From: Blastocystis sp. Blastoise
Taxonomy: Eukaryota > Protista > Bigyra: Opalinata
NCBI GenBank assembly: GCA_039096225.1
Contig: JBBPEB010000014.1
Location: forward strand, 1,488,001-1,552,000
DNA: 64,000 nt
Direction of reading: 5' to 3'
In this document: in pieces, positions 48,040 to 64,000 of the stretch
How the letters are laid out: each line of letters opens with the position of its first letter
How positions within the stretch are numbered: the first letter of the stretch is position 1
Position numbers and translations under genes: made by a program
Notes under the pieces: generated by a model
The model's database searches: none
What the model was told of the DNA's origin: nothing
What the model saw: the letters and a program-made list of their open reading frames with translations, nothing else

Positions 48040-48384
48040 TTTTTGTATTTTGTTTAATATACAATTTTACAGGCGATTTGGATTTAAATTAATTAAACTA
48101 ATTAAATAGTTTAAATAATACTAAATGTATAAAAAATGAATAAAGTCAAAGTATTGAAAAAATATCAATTTTATTTAACCAGAAATAAAACGTTCTTTCT
48201 GCTTGAGAAATAAAAATAACCAAACAAAAAGAGAAATACAATTTACAACAGAAAAAATATTTTCACGAAAATTCAGTAAACATCTAACCAAATATTATTT
48301 TTTTTCGTGAATATATTAGTATTCATATAAATACAATCAATAAAAGCAATTTAATAATTTTATTGCAAATATTATACATCACAA

Positions 48385-49579
48385 ATGAATGGGGATACAA
48401 ATGAAACATCTAGATTAACATCTCAACTTATAAAGTAATCCATTATTTAATGTTTGTAAAATATATATGTGTGATATAGGGCAGAATTAATTAAGAATAT
48501 AAAGCAGATATTGCCTAGAAAGTATAGTTCATTGTTAGTAAAATAAATTGTATATAGGATTATATTTGTTAAAGCAAAGACTGAGGATGGAGCTCATGCA
48601 CCATATTCCAAAGGAGATGATGTTCATGTTCCTAATTCAAGCACTTTAATGAATCCATTAGATATACATTCATTAGAAACGGATGTCGATTCAAAAGTTC
48701 GTATTCAAGATCAAGTTACAATGAAGCGTTACGTAGCTCCTGTAGGAGAAGAAAAAGAAAGTATAAATATAGAATTTATAATATATTTGAAAATATTTTT
48801 ATCAAATAAACAATATATAGAATTATCAAAACTATCTCGTTCTTGGTTAAATTCTAAAGAAAAATCGATTAATATTGGTATTTATAGTTTATAAAACTAG
48901 AATATATATTTATAATATATGTTAATTCTAAAAGTTAATATATATGTTTATGTATTCTATATAATTAGATGAAATAGATGAATTATTTAAACGTGAACAG
49001 ACAGCAAAGAATAATCTTTTTTCTTTAAAAAGAAAATCAAAATTAGTATATCTACTTTAATAATAATATATGTTGTTAGTTCTTTATTAGTAATTCTTGT
49101 CTATATTAATTCCCTTCTTATCTATTTATTATTATATAAATGAATATAAATATTATATATACAGGAATTATTAGAAGATAAAAGAAGAATGGAGAAAGAT
49201 AATGAGATAGATAATGAGATAGATAATGATATAGATAATGATTTAATTGATGATAATAATGAAAAAGATCATAATCATAAAGAAGATACTAATGATGAAA
49301 AAGATAATAATCATAAGAATATAAGAAAGCAATCGCTTCAAGAAGAACGAATTAGATATACTTCAAATGATAATAAATTAATTTCTAAGCCAATTACAAT
49401 CAATTCAAAATATCAAGTAAAAAATATTGTTAAAGATAAGAATAATAAAAAACAGAATTCGAATAGAAATAAGCAAGATAATAATAAACCTAAGGTTGAT
49501 ATGAATTCATTATGTATATTTCACATCCAATTATTAGAGTTTTATAGCATATCATATAAATAGAATAAGATATATATAT

Positions 49580-49610
<31 letters not shown>

Positions 49611-50046
49611 TATATAGTTGATGGTTGGGGAGATCAATCAAATGATTATGAAAAAGAAGCTGAAAAACGTCTGAAAACTGATTTAGATGCTTGGAAGAAA
49701 GATCGTGAACTTGATGAATGGAATCAACTATTAGATCAAGGCCGTGTATATATTACTTATATAATTAATATATTTTATGATCATACAATTCAATTTGTTT
49801 TACATTGCTATTTTTATGTATAATCAAGATACTTCTGCATTCTCTTTTTGATTATATTATATGTTATTATTATATATTATTATTATATGTTATTATTATA
49901 TGTTATTATTATATATATTATAGGAAAAGAAAGTTAAGAAACCAAAGTTTGAACATAAAGGAAAGAAGCAGAATAAATTTGAAACGATTCAACGACAAAA
50001 GATTAATAAACAGATGCAAAAATTTAATAACAAAGAAAAACAATAG
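48385..50046 (+). CDS. Uncharacterised, probably nucleolar protein with a USP36/USP42-like C-terminal tail (spliced)
   Basis: Spliced ORF from MNGDTNETSR...; ends DGWGD...DEWNQLLDQGREKKVKK...NKFETIQRQK..., stop TAG at 50044-50046. Confidence 0.6.
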
Positions 50047-50551
50047 AAATAACCATTTTGCTACTATTTCTTTTATACAACTCTTATTTAAATATGATTT
50101 TATTTATTACACACTACACACATATTTTTTGTTTGATTTCATTGGAGAGGTTAAAAGAATATTAATTCACTTGTTATCAATTCAAAATATTCGTTTATTT
50201 CTCATATTCTTTTGTATAAAAATATTGGATTGCATTCTAATTTTAATATGTTTATTCCAAAGCGTAGTCACGATTGGATGTCTAAAGACAATAATCGACA
50301 TAATTTTTCTTTATTCTTAATAAGTTCTATACCAATCTTTAGTTAGTCTTACTCAAAGAACCTTATATTATGTATTGCTGAAAAAGAAGCTACAACTGAA
50401 AAAAAAAACTATTTATGAAAAATCATAAGGAAATGAATAATTCAGTCTGAACTGAATTTTTCGAAAAATGTGTCCTAAAATAACGATTCATTCAAATAAA
50501 TTTATTTCTGTATTGAAATTCAAATTATATATTGATAATAACATTGATATT

Positions 50552-55211
<4,660 letters not shown>

Positions 55212-56283
55212 TTGTCTTCTGTTTTTTTTTTTTGTTAAAATATATGTGTATTTTGTATACTATACTTGCTATTATGAGACTATTCAATTTTATTTTTGTT
55301 TTTGTTTTTGTTTCTTTTTTTTTTTTTTTTGTTTTTTGAGCTTTATAAGTATTCTGAATATAAATATATTATTCATTGACCCATTTTATTAAATTCTAGT
55401 ATATATATAAATCGTTTTAATACTTTTATATACTATTTTATTAATAGCTAATTCTATGAAATGACTTAATACGATATTTTTGTTAATTCAGTTGAAGATT
55501 ATCCTAAAAAGACTAATAAACTATTTTTTATTATTTTTATCATGATTATAAAGCAAGGTCTCAATTTAATTATCATAAATACTAATAAATATTATTAAAA
55601 CAACAAAAAACATTTGAATTCTCAACAAAAAAAATTATTTATTTTAGTATATTTCACTGATACCTCTTTTAGCATATATAATAGCAAAATAGATTAAAAT
55701 ATTATTTGGAAAAATGCGTTCATCACTAAGTTTTTTTGTATTTGATACTTTGTATTTTTAACTGGACAATGAATATACGCATTATATATTCATAAATAAC
55801 ACAAACAAATAAATTGTATAAATGATGTTGAAAACATAAAAACTCAAACCATTAATTTATCAAAAATCACAATTCTCCCTCAATATAATTCTTCAAAAGA
55901 TAACTCGCTTATCAAATCCTGATATCCAATGAATATACTCATTCTATAGATGCGTCATGACGACCTCTTCATTCCAAAAAAAATATGTGGTCAATCAATA
56001 GAGTGTTTGTTTCAATCTTGGGAATAAGTAGAGATTCCCCAAAAAAAGAGAATTATTCATAAACACAGAAATCATGGGAAAAACAGTCTTCTAACCTAAA
56101 TAAAAACGAATAAACATGAATAAAACAAAGGAAAACAACTAGCTTCACCCATCTCTGTATTTCTGGAAAATAATAAAAAACATACAAATCAATAGTTTCC
56201 AGAAAATCACTGTACATTCCTTTATTTGAAAACGAAACATATCAACCTATTAAATATATTTCTTATTGATAAACGCTTATAAA

Positions 56284-57867
56284 ATGAAAGCTATATCTAT
56301 TTTATTAATTGCTTTATTCGCTTTATTAGCTAATTCTCAAGAAGCTACTATCATCAAACAAGGAGAAACTGCTCAATTTGCTACTTCTGCTACTACTGCT
56401 AGTTGCACTTTAAATGGTGTTGAAGTTACTGAAAAACTTGGTATAAGTAATGATGATGGTACTACTTTATCTATTACTTTCCCTATATCTTCTGAAATTC
56501 CTTTTTCTTGTACTATTGAAGGAACTGCCAGAACTGTTGTAGTTCTTCCTACTTGTGGTGACGGTTCTGTTCTTTATCAAACTTTGATGGATGAAGATCG
56601 TTGTCCAACAAATTTAGGAGGTAAATCCCAAGAACAAATCTGTGTTTATGATCCTATTCTCTTAAAAGCTCGTTATATTACTAGAAATTACAATTGCCAT
56701 TCTAGTGAAGGTATTAGTTCTGTTGAACAAGGACATGCCTATGTCCATGTAAGTGTTTCAATGGCTAAAACAGGTGATGTTAATGCTGTTGTAGATGCTA
56801 CTGATATGCCTTCTTGGATGAGAGATTTAATTACTGATGCTTTCCAACAAGTACTTCCTGTTCCTGTTAAGAATGTTTATATTGAAAGTCTTACTTATTC
56901 TAGTGAAACTAAATCTACTCTTCTTGATTTAGTTGTTGATACTGCTTTTGAATATGGTGAAGATATGTCTCTTGTTTTCCAAGAAACTTATAGAAATAAT
57001 ATCGTTGATGTTAAGGCTGAAGTTAATAGTTACTTAGCTGCTAGTTTACCTTCTTATTTTAGTGATATTACTTTAGATTGGAATGCTCTTAATGTTGAAA
57101 AGATGGGTAATCCTCAAGTTTGTTCAGAACTTCTTGAAGAAGGTGCTGATGTTGCTGGTGTTACCTTTGATGTTACTGATAGTACTGAAGACCAATCTGT
57201 AGAAACCACTGTTGATTCATTAACTTGGGCTGAAACACCTATTTGGTATTATGCTACTAATGATGTTCCTAGTGATATTACTAATGCTCATCCTTTTTAT
57301 GGTAAATTTACTCGTTATTGTAAGCCTTTATATTATGGTGCTGAATTCCAACCTACTAATGTACTTTCAGCTGTACAAACTGATATAGATGATGTTACTT
57401 CTATATTCTTTAAACTTCAATTTGAAAATATGGATCCTAGATCTGTTATTACTGAAACTAGATTAGCTTTATCTCGTGCTATTACTAGATATATTCTTAA
57501 TCAAGATGATACTATTCCTTATGAAACATTTGATGTATATGTTTATTATTTTGAAGGTGCTGAAAAGAAAGAAGCTAGTGAATTACTTTATAGAGATACT
57601 GTATTCTATGTACAAGTAAGAGTTCGTTCTGGTAGTACTACTCAACTTATGAATATTAAGAAAGATGTTGGTGCTGCTATTTGGGGTGAATGTGATGCTT
57701 ATGATACTTGTTCTATTACTAATCAAATTAATCGTCGTATTGTTACTTGGTTAACTGAATACTTCGGACCTGATTTTAATCCTATTGATAATAAGAAATG
57801 GGTACATATGTCTCTCTATGAAGATAAAATCTCTAAGAGTGCTAGTGCCAGAAGACTCAGAGCCTAA
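56284..57867 (+). CDS. Secreted/surface protein of unknown function, intronless
   Basis: Signal peptide MKAISILLIALFALLANS; acidic, T/V-rich, Cys-containing modules; strongly T-ending codon bias; ends SASARRLRA. Confidence 0.75.
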   Translation: MKAISILLIALFALLANSQEATIIKQGETAQFATSATTASCTLNGVEVTEKLGISNDDGTTLSITFPISSEIPFSCTIEGTARTVVVLPTCGDGSVLYQTLMDEDRCPTNLGGKSQEQICVYDPILLKARYITRNYNCHSSEGISSVEQGHAYVHVSVSMAKTGDVNAVVDATDMPSWMRDLITDAFQQVLPVPVKNVYIESLTYSSETKSTLLDLVVDTAFEYGEDMSLVFQETYRNNIVDVKAEVNSYLAASLPSYFSDITLDWNALNVEKMGNPQVCSELLEEGADVAGVTFDVTDSTEDQSVETTVDSLTWAETPIWYYATNDVPSDITNAHPFYGKFTRYCKPLYYGAEFQPTNVLSAVQTDIDDVTSIFFKLQFENMDPRSVITETRLALSRAITRYILNQDDTIPYETFDVYVYYFEGAEKKEASELLYRDTVFYVQVRVRSGSTTQLMNIKKDVGAAIWGECDAYDTCSITNQINRRIVTWLTEYFGPDFNPIDNKKWVHMSLYEDKISKSASARRLRA

Positions 57868-58428
57868 GTATATTAATATGTAAATATATATAAGCTATCT
57901 TTTGTCTTCTTTTCTTTTTTTCTTTTTTTTTTTTTTATTCTTGATAATATAGTTTACCAAAATATATATATATATTTCATATAAAATAATGTGAATATAT
58001 ATATATATTAATATTTTCGTTCTTATGTTTTTACTTGTCATCAGTTTGTAAATGTCTTCTCTTTTTTGTATATTTTTTTAATATACTTATTTTTTATCAT
58101 CTGTAGACATATTAGGTGTGTATATTTTTGAAACAGATTTTCATTTATATATATGTCTCTATAAGTCATTATTTCTATAGTATCATTTATACGTTTTGTT
58201 TAGATTTTCATATTTATTTATTTTTGTCTATGTATTTTAATTTTTTGCATATCAAGAATAATAGAAAGTATTGTTTTTTTATTTTAATTATTATTAATCA
58301 TTTGATTTCATATATAATAACAACGACAATACAGGAAATTCATAAAAGAATAAATTAAATGCTTTAAAAAACTAATAAATGATGAGACTAACACTTGTTT
58401 AGAAAGTGAAATAATTCTTATTTAGATA

Positions 58429-60824
58429 CTATTCTAATTTTGTAAAGAAGTTTGTTTCCCTAAATTGATTTACGAAAACATGTGCAGGAATAGTATTACT
58501 TTTAGGCATAACCTAAATATAGCATATAATAATAGTTATATAATCAAAATGAATAATCAAATGGATTTATATATATATATATATATACTTGTAACGATTT
58601 GACTCCAATCCAAGAATCACAGCCGCATTTAATATATAAATGTTTCGTTCTCTTTAAATACCGCACTGTTCCCACGGGGATTTCAGAGGACGACCTACCC
58701 GCTTTATAAAGAATAATATAGAATAGGGTTATATATATAAAATCTGTTTTTTTTAAATTGAATATTAAAAGAATTCATTAAAAAAATATAATTAATGTAT
58801 ACTATATACATAGTAATATATGAATACTTGGTTCAGGAATATATAGGTCTCGAAGAATAATAGTGTTTTTTTGTGTTTTCATTATAGAGTTTTCGTTATA
58901 AGTATATATTTGTGTACATTTCAAAGGATATAAATGAGAAGTAGCTCGGAATAAATTATAACTATATATATATAGAATTGTATTTTTTTTGTATATATAT
59001 AAGAGAAAATATATTAATTTCTTGAGAAAGATAGATACATAGTTTTATTATTTTGTTGAAAATCAACTACAGACATTTCTGACGTAATTTTCTTTGTATA
59101 TGAAGGAATTATATAGGGGTCCTAAAGAAATATAAGGAAAAAGGAATAGAGGATATATATATATATATATTTAGAGAGAGAAGGGGTTATACAGATAATA
59201 AAAAAAATAGAGAAAGACTTATATAGGTGATAATAATATAGGGATGATATAATATATATAATATAATAGAATAGAATAATATATAGATAAGAAATAGAAT
59301 AAAGCAAAATAACATATAGATAAGATAAAGAATAGAATACAATAGAATATATATAGAAGAGATTATATAGAATAGTAATTAGAGATTATGTTATATATAA
59401 AGAAACGCCAAATGGTTATAATATATAAATTAATAGATATATATATTCATAATTAAAACAAAAATATATATATTCATAATAATAATTTAATATATATATA
59501 TATATACTTGTATTTCTGGATGATTCGTAAGCTCATTATAATTATATAATGTATTCATTAAACAACTAGAACCAAGTGTAGAAAGAATAGACGTTAATCT
59601 ATAAATGATAATATTATATATATATATAATTAATAGAAAATCATTCTATATAATAGTAAGTAAGAATTGTAATTAATAATGATGAATAATAAAGATAACA
59701 ATAAAGATAATAATAATAATAATAAAGATAACAATAAAGATAATAATAAAGATAATAACATATATATATATATACTCTGGGCATTGAATAGTATTTGAAA
59801 TAGGAATTTCTTTCTTCATTAGTATATCTCCTTTATCAATATTCTTAGGGTCCAAAGTGATTATAGATACACCTGCTTTATCATCACCCTATATATATAT
59901 AGTATAAATAATTGTTATTGTCCATATATATAATCAAAAATAAAATTAATATTTAACATATATAATATAATCTATAATCAACAAATATATATATATATAA
60001 ACATATTAACATTATAATAAGAAGAATATAACATATATAATACAAAATATTAAAAATAAAAAATAGTATTATAAAAAAAATTGAATATAAATAATAAACT
60101 AGATATACATTTAACAATGTAGAAATGATAGGAGAAGGTCCACGATATTTTGGCAATAAAGATGGATGAACATTAATACCTCCAAAATGAAAACTTTCAA
60201 TTATTTTCTTTGGAATAAAATAACCAAAGGAAGCGCATACTAATAAATTAAATTGATTTGAAGTGATTTTATCAGGAATAGACCAATCTCGTAATGTCCT
60301 ACAAATGTATTAGTATTAAATCATGATTTAATATTCAAATATATATCAAAATAAACTTTAAAAAAACATACTTTAATCCCGAAATCGGATAATATTGAAT
60401 ATCATTTGATTTACAATATTCTTCAACCGGAAGTAGTAGCTCAGGCTTCGATTTTTTTGTTTTCCTTTTTATATTCTTCTTAACCATTGTCGTACATACT
60501 ACCTAAAAAGAAGGAATTATTATTTATAAACTGAACATAATGCTATCGATTAAAGTAAGTAACTTTTGAATCAATGTATTCTGCAAAATAATAACACTGA
60601 TGTAAATAATATACTTCTAGAGAATTCACAACTCCATCGTCTTTCTTAAGATCATCGTGAAGAGCTTCTAAAGAAGGTAACGAAACATTATCACTTCCAA
60701 AAAACATCACATCAAATTTCTTCGGACTAGTTGAAAACGTCCTACATATAATCAATTGCTGAAAGTATTTTTTTGAATAATATAATGGAAGTAATCCAAC
60801 TGTTCTTTTTAAAGGAATAAACAT
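58429..60824 (-). CDS. MTFMT: Mitochondrial methionyl-tRNA formyltransferase (spliced)
   Basis: N-terminal presequence-like segment (...RTFSTS), VMFFGSDNVSLPSLEAL, VCASFGYFIP, GGINVHPSLLPKYRGPSPI, GVSIITL...IDKGDIL; stop TAG at 58429. Confidence 0.92.
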
Positions 60825-61030
60825 GGTGATTATCAAGAACAAATGAAATGGATGAATAGAAAAAACGAAAATGTTTATTTTTTTTAAATTTTTGTATTTT
60901 GTTTTTAAAAAATTTTATAATGATTTAAAAATGGAAGTAAAAACAAAACACAGGTTATATATATATTTCTTTTTGATTAATTATCTCTAAATACACATGT
61001 AAATAATATATATTTTAAAAAAGCACACAA

Positions 61031-62092
61031 TTAATCAGTTGAAGCAAGAGAAAACTATATATATGTGGTGAAGAGAGCATAAACAAATATAAAACTATAG
61101 AATAATATACGTATTCCCATTTATTTGCTGGAAATAGATGTTTATTACGATCATACCAACGTCGATCAACAACCTTATCAGTGTGAATCTATAAATCATT
61201 ATTAAATACATAAATATATAGATTAAGAACGGATACTTCTTGAGATTGATGCTGATCATCTTCGTGAATGGTAACATCTGAAGTTGTCTAGAATAGTGGA
61301 ATTAGTAGAAGATATTATAAATCATATTTTTAAATATACTTTATATATATATAAAGGTAAATTGTGATGTGTTGCTTTTTTAACTAATAATTTATAAAAC
61401 GTGTAATTCTATAAAGAAAAAGAGTAATATTGTGAGTATATAGTTATATAAATACAGGAGGAATAATGGCATCTTCTTTTATATATAAAAGATCATCTGT
61501 CGAGAGAGAAGCTAGATCTGCATATTGTTTAGAAAGTGACTATATAATTATATAAATAGATAAAAATATTATGAAATTATTTATTGCTTTCTATGCAGAT
61601 AAAAAAATTGATTTTTTATATTTGTATTACTTATAATATATAATATTTATTTTGTAATAAATTTATATAATATTGTATATATATATATAATATTGTATAT
61701 AAATGCATACTTTACGAACTTTATCTAGGAATAAGCTTATAGTTGCACCTCGTTCTATTTCCATGGTACCAACGTGACTCTGACCATTGTAGTAACTATA
61801 ACATATCTATATACACCAGAATTATATATATATATATATTGTTTTCATTATATATATATATAAATGTTTTTTTTTCTATTATATATATATAAATGTGTTT
61901 TTTCTATTATATAGATAGTATAACTAAAACATAATATTGGATAAATTAAACAAAATAATATTTTATTTGTAATAAAAATATATAAAAATATATATAAAAA
62001 TATATAAAAATATATAAAAATATATATAAAAATATTTAAAATTATATATATAAAAAAAAATCCTTAAAAATAAAATTGAATATAATAAGAGT

Positions 62093-62123
<31 letters not shown>

Positions 62124-63320
62124 CTTGTAATTTTTCATGTTTCAGTCGTTCCTGTTCCTGTTCCCATTCACTTATATATGTACTTATTTTTGATTTCTCC
62201 TGTTCTATCTTCTCTCTATAGAATAATAAATATAATAATAATAGAGTAAACAATAGTAATAACTATGATTTCTACATTTATAAACACTTTTAAATTATAT
62301 AATAAATAATAAATAATAAATAATAAATAATAAATAATAAATAATAAATAATAAATAATAAATAATAAATAATAAATAACAAATAATAAATAATAAATAA
62401 CAAATAATAAATAATAAATAATAAATAATAAATAATAAATAATAAATAATAAATAATAAATAATAAATAATAAATAATAAATAATAAATAATAAATAATA
62501 AATAATAAATAATAAATAATAAATAATAAATAATAAATAATAAATAATAAATAATAAATAATAAATAATAAATAATAAATAATAAATAATAAATAATAAA
62601 TAATAAATAATAAATAATAATATACTTATCATTCATTAAATCAATATCAATATTTGGATCTTTGCTTATTTTCTTCTGTATACATTTCTTCTTAGGAATA
62701 TATACTTCTTCTTCTTCATCATCTCCTTCTAAATTAAATGATAATTTCTGAGCATGCTTATCTCTTAATTGATCTAATTTATCACGTGCATTCTTTCGAC
62801 GAACTTCAAATCTATAATTAATTATAACACGTATAAATAAACTATAATAAAAATTTTTTTACGCTTCTTTTGATTTCGCTTTCTTTGCAGCTTTTTCATG
62901 TTCTAGTTTTTCTCTTGCATTCCTATAATCTTCTACTGAATGTAGACCTACAGTTACCTTCTATATATTATAAGATAATTATAAAAATTATTTTTAAAAC
63001 TTGATTTTTATAATAAAACATATACAGCTAGATGATCCATCACAGAAAAATGACATTCTTTAAATTGCTCATTCAAAGGCTTGATCGAATTAGTGTACTT
63101 TTCATCAATCTCTTTCTTCTCTATACAAAATGTATATAAATATATACTCTATCTCCTTTTTAATATTAAAGAATAGCGAATTAAAGATAGATAAATAATT
63201 ACTAGCTTCAAATTCTTTGATTTGCTTTTCACGTTGTAAAGCCATCATCGCCGCTTCTTTCCCTGCAACATTACCCTCTTGTGTATAGATACCAGTATCT
63301 TTCTTGACTTCACTATTCAT
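61031..63320 (-). CDS. XAP5: FAM50/XAP5 family spliceosome-associated protein (spliced)
   Basis: EGNVAG..A...QRE; TVGLHSVEDY; KDPNID; CYSYYNGQSH; LLYIKEDAIIP..TFY; KVVDRRWYDRNKHLFPANKWE. Confidence 0.92.
62299..62619. repeat. Heptamer tandem repeat (AATAAAT)n, ~45 copies, intronic
   Basis: Direct reading; lies inside an XAP5 intron and produces artefact ORFs 62216-62636. Confidence 0.9.
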
Positions 63321-63746
63321 TATGAAAGAGTATTATGAAATTTAAAATAACCAAATGAATTTCCAAGAATCTTCATTCATTCTTCCCTTTAAATTAATTT
63401 TCGTTCATTCTTCTTTTTCTCCAATATTAACATACCTAACAAATACTTATATGTATAGTTTTTGTTAAAGACTCTAGTAAATATTCATCACTTTTCAGCA
63501 AGACTGAATCAAACGAAAAAACTGTATACATACAGTTTTTTTTAAATCAAATTATATACACTCAAATATCAAAGTCTAATCGATCTTGAGTTGACTTTAT
63601 TCTACATCTAGAATTCACTTTAAATTGATTATTATAGAACAGCGAAATAGAACATGGACAATAATCAAAATGTATTTATTCATTAATATATTTATTATAT
63701 GTGCCAAATTTAGGTTGCTAACATCAGAAAAGAAATAAATGACCTG

Positions 63747-64000
63747 ATGAATGATGATCAACTATACACCTTCCAGATCAGTTTTTGTATATTCGTCGTT
63801 TCTATTTGTTATTCTCTTAATTTATGCTTTATTTGTCGAGACCAATAATATAATGTATAACTATTCATTTTTATAGCATTTTATCACGAGAGTTGGTATT
63901 TTTATACAGTTGGTATACGTTATCCTATCGTGAAGAATAATGATACTGAGTTTATTATTGTTTATTTGACATTTTACACCAATTTTATTGTCAAAACACA
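63747..64000 (+). CDS. Possible 5' end of a gene divergent from XAP5 (truncated by window edge)
   Basis: ATG at 63747 (MNDDQLYTFQISF), then a GTATAT...TATAG intron and an open frame to the window end; no recognisable homology. Confidence 0.25.

Noticed and set aside
61189-61236. XAP5 intron with a GTATCC donor as a second U12 intron
   Set aside because: The donor continues GTT rather than TTT, and there is no TCCTTAAC-like branch site near the acceptor; probably U2-type.

Overview
Very AT-rich (roughly 20% GC by eye), gene-dense eukaryotic protist DNA. It has many GT-AG introns, typically GTATAT...TATAG, often filled with (TA)n, (ATT)n or longer simple repeats. The gene content and style suggest a low-GC Blastocystis/Opalinata-like stramenopile, but this is inference. 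I reconstructed about 15 genes by hand-splicing: LSM11-like, TSET medium subunit TCUP/TML, UTP11, a paladin-like multi-PTP protein, POLD1, cyclin L, three intronless MFS paralogues, a giant (~5,300 aa) midasin-related six-AAA+/multi-vWA protein, riboflavin kinase, an orphan with a USP36-like tail, ZNF598/Hel2, a secreted protein, mitochondrial Met-tRNA formyltransferase and FAM50/XAP5. Most short ORFs in the supplied track are microsatellite artefacts. The most notable observations are: (i) the giant AAA+ protein with an unusual vWA-vWA-GATase-like-vWA C-terminus encoded by one ~14.4 kb exon; (ii) a clear AT-AC (U12-type) intron in cyclin L; (iii) a recurrent GC-rich quasi-palindrome TTCCC[AG]CGGG(G)A that forces rare codons in exons and also occurs as half-sites in divergent promoters; (iv) TSET and U7-snRNP components; (v) a bacterial-like MFS triplet.
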